Source: Macrostomum lignano
Lineage: Eukaryota
Direction of reading: 5' to 3'
Assembly (NCBI GenBank): GCA_002269645.1
Contig: NIVC01001803.1
Span: forward strand, 97,952-161,951
DNA: 64,000 nt
Both the position numbers and the translations under genes were made by a program. Of the stretch, positions 24,871 through 35,300 are shown piece after piece; within the stretch, counting starts at the first letter, position 1, and each line of letters opens with the position of its first letter. The notes beneath the pieces were generated by a model. The model did no database searches, had not been told where the DNA came from, and was given only the letters and a program-made list of their open reading frames with translations.

Positions 24871-25607
24871 GACGGGATGGTTTCTCAAACTGTTGCAGAA
24901 GATTTATTGTTTCGGCAGTCTAGCTTACAATTCTTTTTTTTGAATCTTCCCTAATTTCATCCCTACATATAATGATATGCATGCTTCAGTTTGCGTTTCG
25001 ATTCTTCCATTTTAACGAGTGTTTTGTACGCATGTACTTTTAATTTGGTGTTTTGTACTTTAGGCAGTTATATAACACGGTGAAGTTTTATTAAACTTTC
25101 TGTGACTGGCTGATTTTACTTACAACTAATTCCCATCTCTAAAATGTCGCATTCAGAGACCGTGTTGAAATATTTTCAAGGCCTTGTAATCAATTACTGA
25201 GGATTTCTTGCACAGTGAAAATTTCTGGCAAATCTGAATACAATTTGGAATTGTTTTAAAACATTTACAGCCCGCTCAAATTTCAGACCAAATTTATGCA
25301 ACTTTCGTGTCTCGAGTTCTCCCGATTCTCACACTATTCATCCCAGAACTGTTTATAAATATGCTGCACACACAGGCTGGGACTGCTTCAATGCCCCTGC
25401 GCTGAGTGACAGATGCACTAATGAACTTTTCTCATTTTTAAACTTGTTTATCTGCACCGCAGTCGTTACCGCCTCTGTTTTATCTTCCCGTCACTGTTTT
25501 AATCTCTTTCCACCTTCAAGCAGTGAAGCTGCTCAAATGCCAAACGGTACTCAAGATTTTTGCTATTTGCCATCAGCTGCTGTAATCATTCTACGAGCCT
25601 TTGTAAC

Positions 25608-26298
25608 CTGTGTGCTGTAGCTGTGTGCTGTAGCTGTGTGTGCTGTAGCTGTCTGCTGTAGCTGTGTGCTGTAGCTGTGTGCTGTAGCTGTGTGTGCTGT
25701 AGCTGTGTGCTGTAGCTGTGTGCTGTAGCTGTGTGTGCTGTAGCTGTGTGCTGTAGCTGTGTGCTGTAGCTGTGTGTGCTGTAGCTGTGTGCTGTAGCTG
25801 TGTGTGCTGTAGCTGTGTGCTGTAGCTGTGTGTGCTGTAGCTGTGTGCTGTAGCTGTGTGCTGTAGCTGTGTGTGCTGTAGCTGTGTGCTGTAGCTGTGT
25901 GTGCTGTAGCTGTGTGCTGTAGCTGTGTGCTGTAGCTGTGTGCTGTAGCTGTGTGCTGTAGCTGTGTGTGCTGTAGCTGTGTGCTGTAGCTGTGTGCTGT
26001 AGCTGTGTGCTGTAGCTGTGTGCTGTAGCTGTGTGCTGTAGCTGTGTGCTGTAGCTGTGTGCTGTAGCTGTGTGTGCTGTAGCTGTGTGCTGTAGCTGTG
26101 TGTGCTGTAGCTGTGTGCTGTAGCTGTGTGCTGTAGCTGTGTGCTGTAGCTGTGTGCTGTAGCTGTGTGCTGTAGCTGTGTGCTGTAGCTGTGTGCTGTA
26201 GCTGTGTGCTGTAGCTGTGTGTGCTGTAGCTGTGTGCTGTTGATGTGTGCTGTAGCTGTGTGCTGTTGATGTGTGCTGTAGCTGTGTGTGCTGTAGCT
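25608..26298. repeat. 14/16-bp minisatellite
   Basis: TGTGCTGTAGCTG(TG) units. Confidence 0.95.
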
Positions 26299-27153
26299 GT
26301 CACCAACCCTACATCCCAGCCTGTCTCTCTCCCTGCCCGTCCGCGTCACCCTACATCCCATCTGATGGAGAATAGAGAAGCTGAGCTGTCGAGGTCACAA
26401 ATCTGTGCAAATGCTGAAGTGTCGGTCGGCAGGCACCGAGCTGAGCTGATGGCTGATGGAATCTGAGCTGGAAAATGCAGAGGCTGCAGGCAGGGTGCAT
26501 GCTGGATGGGGAAAGCAGCTTTAGCAGGTGAGCAGCAAACCCCATTGCTTTCCTTGTTGTCAAGCTGCTGTCCATAAATGCGTACTGACTCAGAGCTTCT
26601 GCTGCGGCAGGGGACCCGAGAGAGGGCAGGCAGGTGCAGATGGGGCTGGGCTCGCAGCCTCCAAAAGCAAACATTTGAATTTCTAATTAGTCATGTCTTA
26701 TCAGTGCACCGAGGTGCACTTTTCAACAATTTTTCATATTTAAACTCCCTGTTCAGTAATAAATTTCAGTGCTGTCATTTCCATTTATAATTTCAAATCA
26801 AATACACTTTTTCACATTTACAATAATTTCAATCTAGCTCCAGCACCACTCCAAGTGTCAGGGACCTTCTGAGCTGCTTTGCTAAGCTAGACTGCATGAG
26901 TTCCAATGCGTGACACCTGACAGCCCTGCGAATTGACTTTGAGCAGTGTCTTTGACCGTGACATGCTTGTTTGTGAGAGACGGCTGAGTCCTTGCAAGCT
27001 TTAAAGATGCTTAGAGAAACAATGCTTTACAAGGCAATTCTACAGGGCCTTCTCAGTCTACCTGCAATAACACCTATCACTAAGCTGTATTATTGGGAAG
27101 TCGCAACGAAGATGGTGAAAAGACTTGGATTTCCTCCAAGAAGAGCTACCTTC

Positions 27154-29100
27154 CAGGGGCGTCGACACCGTGGGGACAGGGTGGAGGGGCATGCCCCCCC
27201 CCAGTAAAAGTTACGCGGGGGACAAGCCAATGTTTTGTCCCCCCACCCCAAACCTTTGCTTACCTGTTATTGAAATAAAAAAATTGCTTTATGGTGACTA
27301 AACATAGCGCCTGAGGCGCTAGAATGAGTGCCTGTGGCGCTAGAATGAGTGCCTGCGGTGCTAAAATGAGTGCCCGCTGCGCTAAAATGAGTACCTGCGG
27401 CGCTAAAATGAGTACCTGCGGCGCTAAAATGAGTGTCTGCGGCGCTAGAATGAGTGCCTGCGGCGCTAGAATGAGTGGCTGCGGCGCTAGAATGAGTGCC
27501 TGTGGCGCTAGAATGAGTGCCTGCGGTGCTAAAATGAGTGCCCGCGGCGCTAAAATGAGTACCTGCGGCGCTAAAATGAGTGTCTGCGGCGCTAGAATGA
27601 GTGCCTGCGGCGCTAAAATGAGTGCCTGCGGCGCTAGAATGAGTGCCTGCGGCGCTAGAATGAGTGCCCGCGGCGCTAAAATGAGTGGCTGCGGCGCTAG
27701 AATGAGTGGCTGCGGCGCTAGAATGAGTACCTGCGGTGCTAAAATGAGTGCCCGCGGTGCTAAAATGAGTGCCTGCGGCGCTAGAATGAGTGCCCGCGGC
27801 GCTAAAATGAGTGCCCGCGGCGCTAAAATGAGTGCCTGCGGCGCTAGAATGAGTGCCCGCGGCGCTAAAATGAGTGCCTGCGGCGCTAAAATGAGTGTCT
27901 GCGGCGCCAAAATGAGTGCCCGCGGCGCCAAAATGAGTGCCCGCGGCGCCAAAATGAGTGCCCGCGGCGCCAAAATGAGTGCCCGCGGCGCCAAAATGAG
28001 TGTCTGCGGCGCTAGAATGGGTGCCTGCGGCGCTAAAATGAGTGTCTGCGGCGCTAAAATGAGTGCCTGCGGCGCTAGAATGGGTGCCTGCGGCGCTAAA
28101 ATGAGTGTCTGCGGCGCCAAAATGAGTGCCTGCGGCGCTAGAATGAGTGCCTGCGGCGCTAAAATGAGTGCCTGCGGCGCTAAAATGAGTGCCTGCGGCG
28201 CTAGAATGAGTGCCTGCGGCGCTAAAATGAGTGCCTGCGGCGCTAAAATGAGTGCCCGCGGCGCCAAAATGAGTGCCTGCGGCGCTAGAATGAGTGCCCG
28301 CGGCGCTAAAATGAGTGCCTGCGGCGCTAGAATGAGTGCCCGCGGCGCCAAAATGAGTGCCTGCGGCGCTAGAATGAGTGCCTGCGGCGCTAGAATGAGT
28401 GTCTGCGGCGCTAAAATGAGTGCCTGCGGCGCTAAAATGAGTGCCTGAGGCGCTAGAATGAGTGCCCGCGGCGCTAAAATGAGTGCCTGAGGCGCTAAAA
28501 TGAGTGCCTGAGGCGCTAGAATGAGTGCCCGCGGCGCTAAAATGAGTGCCTGCGGCGCTAGAATGAGTGCCCGCGGCGCTAGAATGAGTGCCTGCGGCGC
28601 TAGAATGAGTGCCTGCGGCGCTAGAATGAGTGTCTGCGGCGCTAGAATGAGTGCCTGCGGCGCTAAAATGAGAGCCTGCGGCGCTAGAATGAGTGCCTGC
28701 GGCGCTAAAATGAGTGTCTGCGGCGCTAAAATGAGTACCTGCGGCGCTAGAATGAGTGCCTGCGGCGCTAGAATGAGTGCCCGCGGCGCTAGAATGAGTG
28801 CCTGCGGCGCTAAAATGAGTGTCTGCGGCGCTAAAATGGGTGCCTGCGGCGCTAAAATGAGTGCCTGCGGCGCTAGAATGAGTGCCTGCGGCGCTAGAAT
28901 GAGTGCCCGCGGCGCTAGAATGAGTGCCTGCGGCGCTAAAATGAGTGTCTGCGGCGCTAAAATGGGTGCCTGCGGCGCTAAAATGAACGCTGAAAACACC
29001 AATTCTGAAAATAATGTTCATGTAGGGATTTAGTCCTGTACATGTACATGTGGAACTCTTGGCTTTGTCCCCCCACCATAAAATCCATGGCGTCGCCCTG
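27154..29100. mobile_element. hAT-type non-autonomous element carrying an internal minisatellite
   Basis: Termini CAGGGGCGTCGAC / GGCGTCGCCCTG are imperfectly inverted. 8-bp TSD CTACCTTC (27146-27153) / CTACCTTT (29101-29108), 7/8 match. A subterminal TTTGTCCCCCC motif occurs near both ends. Confidence 0.7.
27307..28985. repeat. 21-bp minisatellite (~80 copies)
   Basis: Unit GCGGCGCTA(A/G)AATGAGTGCCT; explains the 7-aa periodic ORFs. Confidence 0.96.
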
Positions 29101-29527
29101 CTACCTTTGGAGAGGTAAGTAAGGGTTAAGCCATGGCATAAAGGGAGGCTTGGTTACAAAAACTGACTCTAAAAACTTCATAATGCAGAACAAGCCACTA
29201 CCACTTCCTACACGCCTTGTGGAATTCATAGGAGGTATGCAAAGTAAAAGTACAATCGCGCAAAGCTTCTGTACGTGATTGGCTCACTATGTTAGAAAAC
29301 AGGCACATGGGTAGCAGATTGTTGGCATAAAACCAGAATTAAGCTGGCTTTTTATACTGATAGTAATATAATGCCGACACGTCAATACGATATTCAGTAT
29401 TGCATGATATGCTGATATGAATGCGCCAGCATAATTCCCACATGGTTTACGCCTGGGAAGCCATTAGCGCAGTTGTGCAAAATTATAGACCGGGCAGAAT
29501 GCGGGAAAAGTAGATTGAGAGGCAGAG

Positions 29528-31362
29528 ATGTATATAATCATGGATGTTTAATGCGCATTCTAGGGTTAGAAAGTCCAAGGCTGCAGTTGATGGTCTCGAG
29601 GCGAGCGAGTTATATTACTGTATAACGAAGCAACAAAAAAACAATTTTCTAGCCAAAGCATAGACAATTGGTAGGATTATATAGGAAACATATTACGTTT
29701 TCTTCAGTGCATTAAACGTTTCACAAACTCACTTAAACTGAATTTCGATTTTAGCTCCATCAATGATGATAGACTTGACACCGTGGTCAGTAATAGAAGC
29801 GCTGGAATCTCCAGAAGCGACAGGCTCACTTACATGCATGCCTGGATTAGTTTCGGCTGCAGGAGACGCACCCTGTAAAACATTAGAAGCGAATCTGGCC
29901 ACCTTTGCAGACGGAGCGATATAGCGTTCTATGGCAGCTGAACTGTGTCCAGTAATTTTCGCGATTTCGGGCCTGGACATGCCCTCGTCACGCAGCGTTG
30001 TGGCGCAAGTCTTCCTGAGCGACTGATTGCTGTACTTCCCACTTGTTGGCTCCGGCAGGCTCACCGTGACGCTGCGCACAACTGAATCGATAGTGTGGCG
30101 TCCTAGTACCTGATTCTGATACCACTTCCCAGCTTGAATAGATGCAGGATTCCGGTACCAGACCAAAAATAGTTGCGGCTTTGTGCATTCGGTCGGGCGG
30201 AGGCTGACGTAGCGCTTGTAAAAGCAAACAAGACAGCGATTGTGTCCTGGTGTATGATACACCGTGTTACACTTGATAGGCCGATTGAAGGTCTTAAGCC
30301 ACACGGTCGTGTTTTGGACACCGTGGTTTCGGCATACGTCAGAATCTCGTCTTCTCCCTCGGTCGCCAGTTGGATTTGTTTGTTATACTCTAGGAGATAA
30401 AGTTCGCGTCCTCCACGAAGTCCAAACACTTTACCAATTAAAAATATCACTGTAAAAACGAGCGTCTTTGGTGTGCTGTCTCCAAGAAATCCTCGCTCCC
30501 AGAGAGTGGCTTCCTCTGTGGCAGGAATCGGTGCTGCAGTTTGAGAGCCATTCAGGTTCCCGGCTTTAGCAGTCTCACGCATTGCCGCGTCCAAGGCCTG
30601 TCGCGAGCTAGCAAATTCTGCGTCCGTCCAGATGGACATCTGGCGCTTCATTGTATACACGTAAAAGTGTTGGATCATCGACACCAAGTTTTTCAGAGTT
30701 CCCGGCGGATATTTTTCGCCATTCTCCTTCCTCACCTCAAAAACGAAGAATTGCAACAGTTCGTTGATCTCATTCTTTGTAAGCTCTTCGACAGGCTTAA
30801 TCACCGCGAGTCCTGACAGACGGCCTTGCATTTGCAGTTGGACACGATTCTCCTTCCACGTCCGGAACACATTCATCGCCCACTTTTCTCTTGCTAGTGT
30901 AGACTCAGGTGAGCTCTCTAGCATTCTGCGCTCCAAAGCGGTCTCATCAAGCAACTCACCGAAACGAGAGCTAGGTTTGGTCGGCAGTGTTTTAGCGTTT
31001 CCGAGGGGCGGCGGAACTACATTTCCAGCAGGGGCTGGATCGAAATAATTAAAAAAAGTTGTCGCTATCAAATTCTTCTTCCATCGCGGTGTGGTTCAAG
31101 AGAAAGCTACGAAAGAAGTAATTCGGATTTCGTCTAGCTAGTACTGTCTTAAATTTATGGAAAATTTGTCTATGGTTCCAATGTGGGGGCTTTGCCCCCA
31201 CACCCCCAGTCGGGGCTTCGCCCCGACACCCCCAGTCGGGGCTTTACCGACTGACTGCACCGCATTCGGCCCGGCTCAAGAGAAAGCTACAAAAAAGCAA
31301 TTCGGATTTCATATAAGATCACGGTAGTTTAATGCGCATTAAACATCCATGATTATATACAT
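29528..31362 (-). mobile_element. Crypton-type tyrosine-recombinase transposon, 1835 bp, with perfect 32-bp inverted termini
   Basis: ATGTATATAATCATGGATGTTTAATGCGCATT (29528-29559) is the exact reverse complement of 31331-31362. The two ends enclose a single tyrosine recombinase (YR) gene. Confidence 0.8.
29729..31084 (-). CDS. Crypton/DUF3504-like tyrosine recombinase (451 aa if two 1-nt indels are corrected)
   Basis: FFVFEVRKENGEKYPPGTLKNL, FGLRGGRE (catalytic R), SKT, NQSLRKTCAT (HxxR position), ITGHSS, IERY (catalytic Y). The frame breaks at a T7 run (31051-31057, one extra base) and near 30296 (one missing base). Confidence 0.85.
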
Positions 31363-31983
31363 GAAATCAGATTGCTTATCTTTGGGGATATTTTATCTGG
31401 TCCATCTGGTTTCCAAAATCAGGTCTGCAAGTAAAAATAAGGTGTTGCGTGCTGATTTAGCTACTATTTTAAACAGTTAAGATAATATAGTATCTGGGGA
31501 ACTTTTGTATTTCTGTAAAGAGTAAATTTCTATTCTACGAGCTATATACCAGTTTGTTTTTGTCAAGTTCGTTGATAAACTCGCGACCTATTGAACGATA
31601 TTTCGAGCTGCTTGCTGTGGATTCGCCAATTCGGGCACTCAGGCCAACTGCAGCATGAGTCGGATGCTCTTCAGTGCAACCACACTGCCACCTGTAGCGC
31701 CTGTCCAGTAAATATAGTTCAAATCATACGTCGAAGATTAGAGATGAATTTTGTTCGGATTGCACTTAGTGCTCATAGCAAACATCTTTGTCCGTGACAA
31801 TTTTACTCAGACGAGGTGATTTAAAAAACGAAGAAGGAATTGCTGCTTTAGAAAATGTGCTAAATTTTCAAAAATTCTAAAAAATCGTTCTTTCAATGGA
31901 TTTGCATAAATAAATTTGGATCCTTGCTGAAAAGGGGGCACTAGATTGCTAGTAGAAATATACTAAAATCGGCGGAATTGAAA

Positions 31984-32362
31984 TGTTTTTACAAATGGAG
32001 CCCGTAAGGCTACAGGCTGCAGCCCAAGTGAGGCGGAATCTGGCACGGTCGAAAATCCCAAAAGATTGACTCTAACAGAGAGCTGCTTCGCTTCTCTGCC
32101 TTTGTGAGCCGAATCGAGCTGCATGAGACCCACTCTCTGGCAGATAGGCCGTCACAGCTGGATTAATTTTTGGCACTGGATAAAATTTATTAACTGCATC
32201 CATTAAATAGCACGGAAGACCCTGCATGTAGAGAAGGCCGCTTCTCGATTAGAAGGATTTTTACGGCTTAAAAGCTGATAGGTGTAAACAGTGCCAGTGC
32301 CATTCCTGAGCAGCCGACCTCTTTCATAGTCTGAGCATCGCCGCTCCTTGGGTTCTGAGCTG
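31984..32362. repeat. Dispersed segment paralogous to 23971-24325
   Basis: Same ordered sequence blocks as the first copy. Confidence 0.85.
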
Positions 32363-35300
32363 TTGTGAATTCCTGCTTGTTCCCGCAGATCTCAATAAAG
32401 ATTTGGCTTGAAAAGATCACTTTCTCTCTCTGAGCTGTTGTGAATTCCTGCTTGTTCCCGCAGATCTCAATAAAGATTTGGCTTGAAAAGATCACTTTCT
32501 CTCTCTGAGCTGTTGTGAATTCCTGCTTGTTCCCGCAGATCTCAATAAAGATTTGGCTTGAAAAGATCACTTTCTCTCTCTGAGCTGTTGTGAATTCCTG
32601 CTTGTTCCCGCAGATCTCAATAAAGATTTGGCTTGAAAAGATCACTTTCTCTCTCTGAGCTGTTGTGAATTCCTGCTTGTTCCCGCAGATCTCAATAAAG
32701 ATTTGGCTTGAAAAGATCACTTTCTCTCTCTGAGCTGTTGTGAATTCCTGCTTGTTCCCGCAGATCTCAATAAAGATTTGGCTTGAAAAGATCACTTTCT
32801 CTCTCTGAGCTGTTGTGAATTCCTGCTTGTTCCCGCAGATCTCAATAAAGATTTGGCTTGAAAAGATCACTTTCTCTCTCTGAGCTGTTGTGAATTCCTG
32901 CTTGTTCCCGCAGATCTCAATAAAGATTTGGCTTGAAAAGATCACTTTCTCTCTCTGAGCTGTTGTGAATTCCTGCTTGTTCCCGCAGATCTCAATAAAG
33001 ATTTGGCTTGAAAAGATCACTTTCTCTCTCTGAGCTGTTGTGAATTCCTGCTTGTTCCCGCAGATCTCAATAAAGATTTGGCTTGAAAAGATCACTTTCT
33101 CTCTCTGAGCTGTTGTGAATTCCTGCTTGTTCCCGCAGATCTCAATAAAGATTTGGCTTGAAAAGATCACTTTCTCTCTCTGAGCTGTTGTGAATTCCTG
33201 CTTGTTCCCGCAGATCTCAATAAAGATTTGGCTTGAAAAGATCACTTTCTCTCTCTGAGCTGTTGTGAATTCCTGCTTGTTCCCGCAGATCTCAATAAAG
33301 ATTTGGCTTGAAAAGATCACTTTCTCTCTCTGAGCTGTTGTGAATTCCTGCTTGTTCCCGCAGATCTCAATAAAGATTTGGCTTGAAAAGATCACTTTCT
33401 CTCTCTGAGCTGTTGTGAATTCCTGCTTGTTCCCGCAGATCTCAATAAAGATTTGGCTTGAAAAGATCACTTTCTCTCTCTGAGCTGTTGTGAATTCCTG
33501 CTTGTTCCCGCAGATCTCAATAAAGATTTGGCTTGAAAAGATCACTTTCTCTCTCTGAGCTGTTGTGAATTCCTGCTTGTTCCCGCAGATCTCAATAAAG
33601 ATTTGGCTTGAAAAGATCACTTTCTCTCTCTGAGCTGTTGTGAATTCCTGCTTGTTCCCGCAGATCTCAATAAAGATTTGGCTTGAAAAGATCACTTTCT
33701 CTCTCTGAGCTGTTGTGAATTCCTGCTTGTTCCCGCAGATCTCAATAAAGATTTGGCTTGAAAAGATCACTTTCTCTCTCTGAGCTGTTGTGAATTCCTG
33801 CTTGTTCCCGCAGATCTCAATAAAGATTTGGCTTGAAAAGATCACTTTCTCTCTCTGAGCTGTTGTGAATTCCTGCTTGTTCCCGCAGATCTCAATAAAG
33901 ATTTGGCTTGAAAAGATCACTTTCTCTCTCTGAGCTGTTGTGAATTCCTGCTTGTTCCCGCAGATCTCAATAAAGATTTGGCTTGAAAAGATCACTTTCT
34001 CTCTCTGAGCTGTTGTGAATTCCTGCTTGTTCCCGCAGATCTCAATAAAGATTTGGCTTGAAAAGATCACTTTCTCTCTCTGAGCTGTTGTGAATTCCTG
34101 CTTGTTCCCGCAGATCTCAATAAAGATTTGGCTTGAAAAGATCACTTTCTCTCTCTGAGCTGTTGTGAATTCCTGCTTGTTCCCGCAGATCTCAATAAAG
34201 ATTTGGCTTGAAAAGATCACTTTCTCTCTCTGAGCTGTTGTGAATTCCTGCTTGTTCCCGCAGATCTCAATAAAGATTTGGCTTGAAAAGATCACTTTCT
34301 CTCTCTGAGCTGTTGTGAATTCCTGCTTGTTCCCGCAGATCTCAATAAAGATTTGGCTTGAAAAGATCACTTTCTCTCTCTGAGCTGTTGTGAATTCCTG
34401 CTTGTTCCCGCAGATCTCAATAAAGATTTGGCTTGAAAAGATCACTTTCTCTCTCTGAGCTGTTGTGAATTCCTGCTTGTTCCCGCAGATCTCAATAAAG
34501 ATTTGGCTTGAAAAGATCACTTTCTCTCTCTGAGCTGTTGTGAATTCCTGCTTGTTCCCGCAGATCTCAATAAAGATTTGGCTTGAAAAGATCACTTTCT
34601 CTCTCTGAGCTGTTGTGAATTCCTGCTTGTTCCCGCAGATCTCAATAAAGATTTGGCTTGAAAAGATCACTTTCTCTCTCTGAGCTGTTGTGAATTCCTG
34701 CTTGTTCCCGCAGATCTCAATAAAGATTTGGCTTGAAAAGATCACTTTCTCTCTCTGAGCTGTTGTGAATTCCTGCTTGTTCCCGCAGATCTCAATAAAG
34801 ATTTGGCTTGAAAAGATCACTTTCTCTCTCTGAGCTGTTGTGAATTCCTGCTTGTTCCCGCAGATCTCAATAAAGATTTGGCTTGAAAAGATCACTTTCT
34901 CTCTCTGAGCTGTTGTGAATTCCTGCTTGTTCCCGCAGATCTCAATAAAGATTTGGCTTGAAAAGATCACTTTCTCTCTCTGAGCTGTTGTGAATTCCTG
35001 CTTGTTCCCGCAGATCTCAATAAAGATTTGGCTTGAAAAGATCACTTTCTCTCTCTGAGCTGTTGTGAATTCCTGCTTGTTCCCGCAGATCTCAATAAAG
35101 ATTTGGCTTGAAAAGATCACTTTCTCTCTCTGAGCTGTTGTGAATTCCTGCTTGTTCCCGCAGATCTCAATAAAGATTTGGCTTGAAAAGATCACTTTCT
35201 CTCTCTGAGCTGTTGTGAATTCCTGCTTGTTCCCGCAGATCTCAATAAAGATTTGGCTTGAAAAGATCACTTTCTCTCTCTGAGCTGTTGTGAATTCCTG

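Noticed and set aside
27260-29033. 580-, 584-, 374- and 170-aa ORFs with 7-aa periodicity
   Set aside because: They are products of the 21-bp minisatellite and are open in several frames on both strands.
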